In this document: positions 28,279 through 37,116 of the stretch, one piece after another | Position numbering within the stretch: position 1 is the stretch's first letter | Layout of the letters: each line of letters opens with the position of its first letter | NCBI GenBank assembly: GCA_965277805.1 | Contig: OZ255842.1 | Location: 4,736,001-4,800,000 of the forward strand | Direction: 5' to 3' | DNA: 64,000 bases | From: Candidatus Lustribacter sp. | GTDB taxonomy: Bacteria > Vulcanimicrobiota > Vulcanimicrobiia > Vulcanimicrobiales > Vulcanimicrobiaceae | Program-made: the position numbers and the translations under genes | Notes under the pieces: model-generated | The model's database searches: none | Seen by the model: only the letters and a program-made list of their open reading frames with translations | Told to the model about the DNA's origin: nothing

Positions 28279-29231
28279 AGCTCGCGCGCGCAGCCCTCAT
28301 CGCGTTTTCGCTGCTCGCCCTCTCGTCCGCAGCGATGGCGCAACCCTCCGGTCCGGCCCTCACGGTCATTCGCTTTACGGCCGCACCCAGCGACGATCTG
28401 CTGCCGTTCTGGTATGCGCAGAGTACCGGCATGTTCAAGGCCGCCGGGCTCGACGTGCAGGCGTCGAGCGTTTCGACCGGCGCGGTCGTTACCCAGGCCG
28501 TGATCGGCGGTGCCGCCGACATCGGCCGCACGAGCCCGCAGGTCCTCATCGCGGCGCACATCCGCGGCATTCCGCTCGTGATCGTCGCACCCGGCGCGAT
28601 TCATCGCCAGAACGTACAGGGCAACGCCGCGATCGCGGTGGCCGCGAATTCTCCACTGAAGTCCGTGCTGGATCTGCAAGGGAAGACCGTTGCCTGCACG
28701 GCGATCGGCGATGTCGGCTATCTCGGTTTGCGCGCGCTGATCGATGCGGCCGGCGGTGACTCATCTACGGTGAAGTGGATCGAGATTCCGATTCCGGCCG
28801 TTGCGGCCGCACTGGATGCGGGTCGCATCGATGCCGGGCTCACGACCGAGCCGTTCATGACGCGCGACATCGCCGGCGGCAAGATCCGCACGCTCGTCGA
28901 CATGCTCAACGGCTACCACGCGAACATCATGCAGGGCGCCTACTTCGCGATGCGCGCGTATGCCGAAGCGAACCCGGATGCGATCGCGCGCTTTGCGCGC
29001 GTGCTGCGGCAAGCGTCGATCTACACCAACGCGCACGCCGCGGAAACGCTCTCGCTCCTGGTCGCGAACACGGGCTTGGAGCCGGAGGTCGCCGCCAAGA
29101 TGCACCGTACGACGATGGCGCTGACGCTCGATCCGGCGCAAGTGCAGCCGCTCATCGACGTCGCTGCGAAGTACAAGTCGATCCCGCAAAGTTTCGACGC
29201 GCGCGACTTTTTTTGGATCCCGCCCAAGTGA
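28275..29231 (+). CDS. SsuA/THI5-family ABC substrate-binding protein
   Basis: Signal peptide; DLQGKTVACTAIGD; ATGA overlap. Confidence 0.88.
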   Translation: MKLARAALIAFSLLALSSAAMAQPSGPALTVIRFTAAPSDDLLPFWYAQSTGMFKAAGLDVQASSVSTGAVVTQAVIGGAADIGRTSPQVLIAAHIRGIPLVIVAPGAIHRQNVQGNAAIAVAANSPLKSVLDLQGKTVACTAIGDVGYLGLRALIDAAGGDSSTVKWIEIPIPAVAAALDAGRIDAGLTTEPFMTRDIAGGKIRTLVDMLNGYHANIMQGAYFAMRAYAEANPDAIARFARVLRQASIYTNAHAAETLSLLVANTGLEPEVAAKMHRTTMALTLDPAQVQPLIDVAAKYKSIPQSFDARDFFWIPPK

Positions 29232-30835
29232 ACGCAACGACAGAGCAGACGATCGGGCAGGCGTTGAGCAACGCCGTCGCGCGTTACGGAAAGCGCGAAG
29301 CGTACACGTACGCGGACCGGCGTTTGAGCTTCAACGACGTCGATACGGAATCGAATAGCGTCGCGCTCGCGCTGCTGGCGAGCGGCATCACGCGCGGCGA
29401 CTACGTAGCCGTCTGGATGGCCAATCATTCGCCGTGGCCCTCGCTGTATTTCGGCGTCTTGAAGATCGGCGCGATCCTCGTTCCGCTGAACACGCGTTCG
29501 CGACCCGACGAGCTCGCCTTCGCGCTGGTGAATTCGAAAGCGAAGCTGTTCTTGTTCAAGCGCGAAACGAAAGGCCGCACCGATTACGGTGACGTGCTGC
29601 TCGACGTGTTGCCGGAGCTGCAGCACGCCGAAAGCGGCGCGCTGCACGCTGAAAAATTCCCCGCGCTGCATACCGTCGTCGACATCGCCGACCCGCCGAT
29701 GAACGGCACGCTGGGTTTTGCCGCGTTTCTCGACCGCGGCGGAAGCGTTGCGGCCGCCGATCTTGCCACGGCCGAACGGGCCGTACAGCCGCGCGATGAA
29801 TCCGTCATCGTCTACACCTCCGGCACCACCTCAGCGCCGAAGGGGACGCAGCTCTATCACGAAGGCATGCTCCACAGCGTGCGCTGGAGCGACGCGTGCA
29901 TCGCGCTCGGACCGGACGACGTGTACTTCAGCTTGCAGCCGGTCTATCACAGCGGCGGTGCGATCGGTGCGATGCTGCGCCCGATCGTTGACGGGTGCCG
30001 GCTCGTGACGCAGCCGTACTTCGATCCGGGCGACGCGTTGGCCGCGATCGAAGCGGAAGGCGTGACGGTGATGTCCGGCTTGCAGCCGCATTGGGTCGAG
30101 TACCTCAATCATCCGAGTCTGCCGCAGCGCAACCTCAAAGTCGAGCGCGCATTCGTCATGGCGCCGCCGGAGTTGCTGTGGACGATCTATGAGAAGATGG
30201 GCATCGAAGGGCTCGTCACCGGCTATTGCATGACCGAGACGCACCTCTACGGCACGAACACGACGCTCGCCGATTCGCGCGAGGTGCGTTACAACACCAA
30301 CGGCCGGCCCAATCCCGACGTCGAAGTGGAGATTCGCGATCCCGACGACGGCACGGTGCTCGGACGTGAGGAGCCCGGCGAGATCTTCATGCGCGTTCCG
30401 CATCCGATGCAGGGCTATCTCGGCGAACCGCAACTGACGGCCGACGTGCTCGGTGCCGACGGCTGGTACCGGACCGGCGACAACGGCGTGATCCGCGCCG
30501 ACGGCAATCTCATCTTGCTCGGCCGCGTGCGCGACATGATCCGCGTCGGCGGCGAAAATCTCTCGGGCGCCGAGGTCGAAGCCGTGCTCGGCGCGCACCC
30601 GGCGGTGAAGCAAACCGCCGTCGTGCCCGCGCCGGATCCGCGGCTCGGTGAGATCGTGGTGGCCTTCGTGGAGCTCAAGCCCGGCGCGCAGGCGACCGAG
30701 GCCGATCTGGTTGAGCACTGCCGTGCGCACCTCAGCAATTACAAGGTGCCGAGGGCCGTGCACTTCGTGACGGCGTGGCCGATGACGGGGTCGGGCAAAG
30801 TCCAGAAACGCAGCCTGCTCGGGACCCTAGTCTAA
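29228..30835 (+). CDS. AMP-forming acyl/aryl-CoA ligase
   Basis: YTSGTTSAPKG, GYCMTE, W.RTGD, GR..DMI..GGEN, SGKVQK; GTG 29228. Confidence 0.92.
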   Translation: MNATTEQTIGQALSNAVARYGKREAYTYADRRLSFNDVDTESNSVALALLASGITRGDYVAVWMANHSPWPSLYFGVLKIGAILVPLNTRSRPDELAFALVNSKAKLFLFKRETKGRTDYGDVLLDVLPELQHAESGALHAEKFPALHTVVDIADPPMNGTLGFAAFLDRGGSVAAADLATAERAVQPRDESVIVYTSGTTSAPKGTQLYHEGMLHSVRWSDACIALGPDDVYFSLQPVYHSGGAIGAMLRPIVDGCRLVTQPYFDPGDALAAIEAEGVTVMSGLQPHWVEYLNHPSLPQRNLKVERAFVMAPPELLWTIYEKMGIEGLVTGYCMTETHLYGTNTTLADSREVRYNTNGRPNPDVEVEIRDPDDGTVLGREEPGEIFMRVPHPMQGYLGEPQLTADVLGADGWYRTGDNGVIRADGNLILLGRVRDMIRVGGENLSGAEVEAVLGAHPAVKQTAVVPAPDPRLGEIVVAFVELKPGAQATEADLVEHCRAHLSNYKVPRAVHFVTAWPMTGSGKVQKRSLLGTLV

Positions 30836-30858
30836 ACGCACCGTACGTGCTACGATAT

Positions 30859-30875
30859 ATTACGTGGAACGTAAT
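30859..30875. promoter_or_regulatory. Candidate PadR operator
   Basis: Perfect ATTACGT-GGA-ACGTAAT inverted repeat immediately before the PadR GTG. Confidence 0.65.
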
Positions 30876-30878
30876 GTC

Positions 30879-31193
30879 GTGCGGAAGGACGCGGGCCTGG
30901 GGCGCCTGTCCGAACCGGCCCTGCTCGTCCTGGCCGCGCTCGCCGCGGGGTCCAAGCACGGGTACGCGATCATCAACGACATCGAGGAACACGCCGGCCA
31001 GCGCCTCGGTCCCGGCACGCTCTACGGGGTGATCGCGCGGCTCGAGTCCCAAGGGTTCATCGAAGCGCTCGAGCTCGAGGAGCGTGGCCGCCGCCCGTAC
31101 CGGATCACCGCCGCCGGCCGGCGCGTTTTCCAGAAACGTTTGGGCGAGCTGACGCGCTACCAAAGCGCGCTGCTCGAGTTGGCGGGCGGATGA
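30879..31193 (+). CDS. PadR-family transcriptional regulator
   Basis: HGYAI, GPGTLY..I.RLE..G.I, RR.YRIT..G. Confidence 0.92.
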   Translation: MRKDAGLGRLSEPALLVLAALAAGSKHGYAIINDIEEHAGQRLGPGTLYGVIARLESQGFIEALELEERGRRPYRITAAGRRVFQKRLGELTRYQSALLELAGG

Positions 31194-31513
31194 ACGCGCG
31201 GCTCGCGGCCATGCTGACGGCAGCGCATGCGCCCGGGTGGCGCCGGCGCTACGGTGTCGAGTTCTGCGCGCTGCTCGAAGAACTTCCGGCCACGCCGCCG
31301 GTGATCGCAAGCGCAACGGCGAGCGCGCTCGGTACGCACGGATCGCTGCTCGTCACGGCCGGCGCGTTTGCATTGGCCGCCGCGGTATTGGCGTTGGGCC
31401 CGGCTGCCAGCGATCGCCGCACGGTCACCGCACATACGCAGTCCGCGCACGTATCCAAACGCGCGGTCTCGTGGGACCGGCAGGCGCCGTGCGATTCGGA
31501 GGTTTCATGCTGA
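31190..31513 (+). CDS. PadR-associated membrane hypothetical protein
   Basis: P.WRRRYG.EF.ALLE N-terminus and one TM segment; ATGA overlap. Confidence 0.7.
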   Translation: MNARLAAMLTAAHAPGWRRRYGVEFCALLEELPATPPVIASATASALGTHGSLLVTAGAFALAAAVLALGPAASDRRTVTAHTQSAHVSKRAVSWDRQAPCDSEVSC

Positions 31514-31956
31514 ACGCCGACACGCTCGACGAGCACGTCCACGCCGGGCGCCTGCGCCGGTTGCTGGAGGCTTACGGGTACAGCGTAGCGTCGGTCGGCA
31601 CCGCGAGCGGTAACCTCGTGACGGTCGTTGCGCCGCCCACGCCGCGGCCCGAACGTATTTCGGCCGGCGGTCTGGAGCTCGATCCGGAATTGCAGCTGCT
31701 TGCATTCGAGGGCCGCGTCGTGCGGCTCACCGCGAGCGAAACGTCGGTGCTGCACGCGCTCTTGCTGCGCGCCGAAACCGTCGTGCCGCAGCGCGAACTG
31801 ATCGCTGCGCTATGGCCCGGCAGCGATCCCAAAATGTGCAAGAACCGTCTTTACGCGCACGTGTTTACGCTGCGCCGCAAACTCGCCGAGGCGTGCACCG
31901 CGGCGGCGATTCACGGGTCGCGCAGCGGCTACCGGCTCGCCTTCAAAGCAGGCTGA
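31507..31956 (+). CDS. OmpR/PhoB-type winged-helix protein lacking a full receiver domain
   Basis: LT.SE..VL..L, LI.ALW, L..HV..LRRKL, GYRL; GGAGG RBS. Confidence 0.8.
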   Translation: MLNADTLDEHVHAGRLRRLLEAYGYSVASVGTASGNLVTVVAPPTPRPERISAGGLELDPELQLLAFEGRVVRLTASETSVLHALLLRAETVVPQRELIAALWPGSDPKMCKNRLYAHVFTLRRKLAEACTAAAIHGSRSGYRLAFKAG

Positions 31957-32003
31957 AGGCCGCTTCTCAGGCCAGTCCCAACGGCGCTGGCGACAATCCC
32001 CGC

Positions 32004-32693
32004 ATGCTGCGACAACTAGTAACCCTGAGCGTTCTCACCCTCGCACTCGGCGGTACTTCCGTCGCTCAGACGGCGCCCGCCGCGCCGAGCGCACCGCCGG
32101 CCGCGCGTGCCGAACGCGCCGCATCGTTTGCGCTGCGGGGTGCGTACCGCACGATCGGCGACGCCGAAGTGCGCGGTGCATCGACGTATTTGGATGCCGC
32201 GAAAGCGCACTACCGCGACGCGATCGCACGCCTCGGCCGGCACGACGCCGGCGCGGCGAGCGAAGCCATGGCCGCGGCCGCACTCGCGCGCGCTGCAATT
32301 GCCGAACACCCGGCGCCCGCGCCGCGCGATATCCCGGCGCCGCCCGCGCTCGCCGCTGCCGGCGCGCCGATGGTGCCGCGCCCGCAGATGATGCGTGGCG
32401 ATCGCGGATCGCGCGGCATGGGCGGGCGGTTCGACGCGACGCGGCTCGCGGCCGATTCGAAGCTCGCCAATACAGCCGAAGCGCGCGATCTCGCACAGAA
32501 GGCCGTCGACGCGGACGTCGCACGCACGCACGCGGACTTCAGCGGTAACCACGAAGAAGCGATGCGTCAGGGCCGGATCGCGAGTTCGCTCGCGATGGCA
32601 GTGCGGTCACTCGCAATGGCCGATCATCCCCGCGCCTTTCCGGGCCCGCGCCGCCGCCCGGCGGCGACCGTCGGTCTCGTTACGGACAACTAG
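32004..32693 (+). CDS. Secreted Ala-rich hypothetical protein
   Basis: Signal peptide MLRQLVTLSVLTLALGGTSVA; helical Ala-rich body. Confidence 0.65.
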   Translation: MLRQLVTLSVLTLALGGTSVAQTAPAAPSAPPAARAERAASFALRGAYRTIGDAEVRGASTYLDAAKAHYRDAIARLGRHDAGAASEAMAAAALARAAIAEHPAPAPRDIPAPPALAAAGAPMVPRPQMMRGDRGSRGMGGRFDATRLAADSKLANTAEARDLAQKAVDADVARTHADFSGNHEEAMRQGRIASSLAMAVRSLAMADHPRAFPGPRRRPAATVGLVTDN

Positions 32694-32765
32694 CACGTAA
32701 AGCGGCCGAGCAAACGGCCGTATGATTTCGAGTTGACACGTTTGCTAGCTCGCACCTAGGATGGT

Positions 32766-35576
32766 GTGTCGTGTGCGATTCGCCGACACCGTGAGCTAGC
32801 GATAGACATACGGACGGTACGGGAGGGCCTCAAGCCCCGCCTCATCGGGCGCGCTCGGGAGCGCGCGTCGTTCGACGCGCGAATCGACGACGCGCTGCGC
32901 AGTGACGGTTCGCTGACGCTCCTGTTCGGAGCGGGCGGAATCGGCAAGAGCGCGCTGCTGCGCGTGTGGCTCGATGCCGCGCGCGCGCGTTCGTTCGCCG
33001 TCGCTTCGGTAGCGAATTTTCCGTTCGCGCGCGATCCGTATGCGCCGCTGGCCGAGGTCTGCCGGTCGTTCGCGCGGAGCTATCCGCGGGCGCTGCCGCG
33101 CGGCGAGAACCGCGCGCTTTTCATGCGTTTCCTCGATCTGCAGCCGGTCGAGCAGAACGGTGAAGCGGAACGGTGGCAGAAGCGCCGCCTTTTCGTTCTC
33201 GTGCGCGAATTTTTCGAACGGCTTGCATCGACGAGGCCGCTGGTCGTCGCCATCGACGATGCGCACTGGCTCGATCCAGAATCGCTCGAGCTCGTCGCTT
33301 ATTTGGCGCCGCATTTCAGCGAGTGGCGGGCGGCGCTGGTGTTAGCGGGCCGCGGAGCGAGTGGGGGCAGCGACTTCGAAGAGGTCAGCCTCGCGACGCT
33401 GGAACGCCACCCCTCGTGCTATCGGATCGTGCTGGGTCCCCTGCAAGCCGACGAGACGCGCGAACTGATCTATTCGCTCTTACCGCCGGGCCGGCGTTTC
33501 CCGCAGCGGACGATCGATGATATCTGCCGGCGCTGCGCGGACACGCCGCTGTTTGCGGAAACGCTCGTACGGAGCGCGCTGGAGGGGCATTCGGTGCTCG
33601 CGCTCCCGGCAAGCGTCGAGCAATCGGTCAACGATCATCTCGCGCAGCTCGAAGGTCCCGATGCCGCGTTGCTGGAGGCCGCGTCCGTCATCGGTTTGCG
33701 CATCGATTTGGAAACGCTCGAGCAAGCGTTCGCCGTTTCCGATGCCGATGCGCTGCGCGTGTTCCGCGTCGCTCGTGAGATGGGTCTCGTCGTCGACGGG
33801 CCATCGGGAGAGTTGCAATTCGGCCACGAGTTCATCCGTGAGGCAATCTATGCACGCTTGACCTCAATCGAGCGGCGGGCATACCACCGGCGCGTTGCAG
33901 GTCACCTCGAAGTGCGCCAGCCGCCGGCACCGGCCGCCGAGCGTTTCCGGCACGTTCAGGGAGCGAACAACCTCGCCGAGGCTTCGGCGCTCGCCGAACG
34001 TGCCGGCGACGATGCGATGGCGCGGTTCGCTTTCGCGACCGCGCGCAATTTCTACGATGCCGCGCTCGCGAATGACGTGCTCGATCCGCGCGCGACGGCA
34101 CGCGTGGCGGAGAAGCTCGGTGAGGCGCACGATCTTCTCGGAAGCCACGGCGAGGCGGCCGCATGTTTTGCGCGAGCCGATGCGTACGCTCGCGGCGCGA
34201 GCGACCGCGAGCATGAAGCCGCCATCGCGATTCGCTTAGCGTTGGCCGCGGGCCGAATGTCGGATCTCGAGGCGGAACTGCGGCATTGCGAACGCGCGCT
34301 GCAGTGCTCGGGAAATGCGGGCCGGAGCGCGTTTGCGGCGGAGGTGCTGCTCGCGCTGCATCATGTGAATCGCATCGATGCGGAACGCGCGGCGGTCCAT
34401 CTCGAGCGGGCCGACGCGCTGGCCGCACGACCCCGCGATAGCTTCGGCGTGCGGCACCTCGTCGCGCGCGCGGCCTTGGCGAATCTGCGGGGCGACGTCG
34501 CCGGCTGGCGCGCGGCGAGTTTCGATGCGGTCGCCGCGGCCGAGGAGTTCGGCGATCCCGCGATGCTCGCGAACGTCTGGAGCTACGTTGCCGACTATGC
34601 GCGTTTGCGCGGAGAGCCGGAACTCGCGCGGCGCGGTTTTACCGACGCCATCGCTGCGGCCGACCGCTACGGCCTGACGTTCACGGCCGCAAAGTCACGC
34701 CTGGCGGCCGCCGACATGGCATATTCCGAGGGCCGCGTCGCCGACGCGCATGCCTTCGTCCGCGAAGCTGCGGCCTTGCAAGTCGATGGTCCCTACGCGC
34801 GCATGCAGGCGTCGGCCGTGGGATTGCCCATCGCCATTGCCGCCGGCGACGCATTTCTCAGCGAGCGCCTCGATGACGCCGAACTCCTCGAGACCGTGCG
34901 GACCGGCGAGCTGCAGCCGCTGGCGATATCGTTCATCGCCGCCATGGCCGAACTGCGAGCTCGCCAAGGCGATCCGGAAGAAACCCGGCGGCTCATCGAG
35001 CGCACGTTGATGCGCGTTCGAAACGCCGCGCTGATCGACAGTGCCCTGCTGACGTTTGCACGGTACGGCGATGCAAAGAGCGCGCGGACGGCGGCGGACC
35101 TGCTGGAGTCGACCGCCGACCGCGACGATCCGATCGCGTGCGTTCACATTCCGCTGGCTGCCGCGATCGCGGCCGCGGCGGAGGGAAATCGCACGCGCAG
35201 CCTTGCCGAAGCGAAACTCGCGCGAGAACGCGCCGCCGCTGCAGCCACGCCGCTGCTCGATGCCCTGGCATGCGAAGTTGCGGGTGACGCGGACGCGGCG
35301 CAGCGCATCTACCTCGCCTGCGGCGCGCACGGCGACGTGCGGCGTTTGACCGGTTCGAACAAACCGGCCCGCGGGCCGTCCGATTTGACGCGGCGCGAGT
35401 CGGAAGTTGCCGCGTTGATCGCGGAGGGACTCTCGAACCGCGCGATTGCCGAACGATTATCCGTCAGCGAACGGACCGTCGAACATCACGTGGCGGCGAC
35501 GTTCGGCAAGCTTGGCCTTCGTTCTCGTGCTCAGCTCGCGGCGTTCATGTCGCGAGCGCCCCAAACGTCGCGGTAA
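32766..35576 (+). CDS. Large ATP-binding LuxR-family (LAL/MalT-like) regulator
   Basis: LIGR..E, Walker A GAGGIGKS, Walker B IDDAHW, C-terminal LTRRE...GLSN..IA..L.VS.RTV..H; start uncertain. Confidence 0.92.
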   Translation: MSCAIRRHRELAIDIRTVREGLKPRLIGRARERASFDARIDDALRSDGSLTLLFGAGGIGKSALLRVWLDAARARSFAVASVANFPFARDPYAPLAEVCRSFARSYPRALPRGENRALFMRFLDLQPVEQNGEAERWQKRRLFVLVREFFERLASTRPLVVAIDDAHWLDPESLELVAYLAPHFSEWRAALVLAGRGASGGSDFEEVSLATLERHPSCYRIVLGPLQADETRELIYSLLPPGRRFPQRTIDDICRRCADTPLFAETLVRSALEGHSVLALPASVEQSVNDHLAQLEGPDAALLEAASVIGLRIDLETLEQAFAVSDADALRVFRVAREMGLVVDGPSGELQFGHEFIREAIYARLTSIERRAYHRRVAGHLEVRQPPAPAAERFRHVQGANNLAEASALAERAGDDAMARFAFATARNFYDAALANDVLDPRATARVAEKLGEAHDLLGSHGEAAACFARADAYARGASDREHEAAIAIRLALAAGRMSDLEAELRHCERALQCSGNAGRSAFAAEVLLALHHVNRIDAERAAVHLERADALAARPRDSFGVRHLVARAALANLRGDVAGWRAASFDAVAAAEEFGDPAMLANVWSYVADYARLRGEPELARRGFTDAIAAADRYGLTFTAAKSRLAAADMAYSEGRVADAHAFVREAAALQVDGPYARMQASAVGLPIAIAAGDAFLSERLDDAELLETVRTGELQPLAISFIAAMAELRARQGDPEETRRLIERTLMRVRNAALIDSALLTFARYGDAKSARTAADLLESTADRDDPIACVHIPLAAAIAAAAEGNRTRSLAEAKLARERAAAAATPLLDALACEVAGDADAAQRIYLACGAHGDVRRLTGSNKPARGPSDLTRRESEVAALIAEGLSNRAIAERLSVSERTVEHHVAATFGKLGLRSRAQLAAFMSRAPQTSR

Positions 35577-35964
35577 CCGTGCCGGTACCGATGGGCAAGG
35601 CGACGTACGTCGTCTCGCTTCCGTCGGCGCTCAGTAAGACGAGATCGCTTTCCGTTCGCGCGATCGCGTAGAGCACGGAGCCCGGCGTAAACGAGATCGA
35701 CGTGCCGGGGGCGCTTTCGCCGCTGATGGCGATCGTCTGCGCAGCGCCGTCGCAGCTGACGGCGATCGTGATGCCGGCGGCCGTGCTCTCGACTTGGTTG
35801 AGCGAGATCGATGAGGTGCCGAGCGCTTGCGCGAGCGCGACGGGTCCGATGATGGAATTCGGTTGGATCGTCAGTGTTTCGCCGGACTTTTTACGTCCGA
35901 GGGTGATCGGCCCGACGACGGACTGCGGCTGTGCCGTTCGGCCCGGGCTGGTATGGTCGCTCAT
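35545..35964 (-). CDS. Beta-rich hypothetical protein
   Basis: ATG 35964 with GGAG RBS and ATGA overlap with the upstream gene; duplicated (P/Q).S(V/I)(V/I)GP(I/V) motif. Confidence 0.6.
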   Translation of the reverse strand: MSDHTSPGRTAQPQSVVGPITLGRKKSGETLTIQPNSIIGPVALAQALGTSSISLNQVESTAAGITIAVSCDGAAQTIAISGESAPGTSISFTPGSVLYAIARTESDLVLLSADGSETTYVALPIGTGTVTATFGALAT

Positions 35965-36440
35965 AGTGGGTGTACTCCATGACGTGGGCGGCGCGAGGGG
36001 CCGTTCCGTGAGACGATGTGCAGAAAGAATGCCTTGGCGTAACCGTCGCCGTCGCGATCGAGCACCGACGCTTCGATCGCGTGCGCGTTGCGTCCGCAAA
36101 CGTTGAGTTGTGCGGCAGTCGTACCGGCATACGGGACGTCGTATTGAAGTTCGAGCGCCAGGTGCCCGGTGCGGCTTACGTAGCGTACGATGCCGCTGCA
36201 TCCCATGCCGGAATGAGCGCCTGTGCTCTGCGCCCCGAAGACGGCAAAGCACCACGGCATGATTTTCGGCGGGGGTTGCCCGGCCAATCCACCTCGACTG
36301 ACGTTCACCGAGCTGAGGCTCCAGGCGAGGCTGGTGCTGTTGGTAAGCACAACCACGCACGACCGGGACGACCGGAGAAGCCGCGCTGCACTGGCTGCGG
36401 CGGCATCGAGGCGGACTTGGTGCTGGGCTGGCCGATCCAT
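35961..36440 (-). CDS. Aegerolysin/Cry34-like small beta-sandwich protein
   Basis: Pattern RS.VV.L.N.T...L...G....PP..I.P....FGA.S.G...G..G.V.Y....L.YDVPY.G, recognised by eye. Confidence 0.55.
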   Translation of the reverse strand: MDRPAQHQVRLDAAAASAARLLRSSRSCVVVLTNSTSLAWSLSSVNVSRGGLAGQPPPKIMPWCFAVFGAQSTGAHSGMGCSGIVRYVSRTGHLALELQYDVPYAGTTAAQLNVCGRNAHAIEASVLDRDGDGYAKAFFLHIVSRNGPSRRPRHGVHPL

Positions 36441-36592
36441 GACTGGAGCATAGTTATTCCAGGTGATGGCAGTATCAGTGTAAGTACCTATTTCGCAAAA
36501 CCTAGGTATCTTCCCCGATTCGGCGTCGCATCGCGCACCCTAGACTCAGGAGGTCCCCGGCGGCTAGCCGGGCGTCTCGGAGGACTACAAAC

Positions 36593-36880
36593 GTGACGAC
36601 CACCGTTTCCGACCCCGCCCAGATCGGGCAACTGCTCTTCCCGTACCTCTGGTTCGACGCCGAACTCAATCCCATCGGAGGCGGGCCGGCCAATGAATGG
36701 CCGGTTGCCGTCCTCACGGTGCTGCGGGCCTGCGTGCGCCGGGCGCTGGCGGAAAACCGCTCCAGCTTTCGGCCGTTCGGGATGGGCCCGACGTGGCACA
36801 TCGCCCGCGTCGAAGGCTCGCAGTCCACGCGGCTGGCGGTCTTCGTCGAGCAGCCCGGGAGCGCCGAGCGGTGCTGGTGA
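36593..36880 (+). CDS. Small hypothetical protein resembling the N-domain of the downstream LuxR
   Basis: GGAGG RBS before GTG; GTGA overlap with next ORF. Confidence 0.6.
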   Translation: MTTTVSDPAQIGQLLFPYLWFDAELNPIGGGPANEWPVAVLTVLRACVRRALAENRSSFRPFGMGPTWHIARVEGSQSTRLAVFVEQPGSAERCW

Positions 36881-37116
36881 CCTTAGACGTCTTCCGCGGC
36901 GTGATCGGCGTCGCGTGCAAGGCGTACCGGCGATTTGTCCCGGCGCGCACAGCGGAAGTCTCCCGCCTGGAGTGGTGCTGCGGTTGCGTTACCGGCACGC
37001 AGCACGTGCGCGGCACCGTCGTTTGGACCAGCGAGACGTGCTGTGCGGAACATCGGCGTACGCCGCTGCGCACCGTGAATCCGCCCTTGGGAGGCTCCGA
37101 TGGTTTTCTCGTGTGA
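36877..37116 (+). CDS. Small Cys-rich hypothetical protein
   Basis: GTG 36877 coupled to upstream stop; WCCGC and TCCAEH motifs. Confidence 0.45.
   Translation: MTLDVFRGVIGVACKAYRRFVPARTAEVSRLEWCCGCVTGTQHVRGTVVWTSETCCAEHRRTPLRTVNPPLGGSDGFLV

Noticed and set aside
28775-29227. N-terminal extension of the CoA ligase
   Set aside because: Off-frame overlap with the SBP gene; GTG 29228 is the coupled start.
32766-35576. STAND-type anti-phage (Avs-like) system
   Set aside because: The C-terminus is a LuxR HTH with no nuclease, TIR or SIR2 effector; it fits a LAL transcription regulator.
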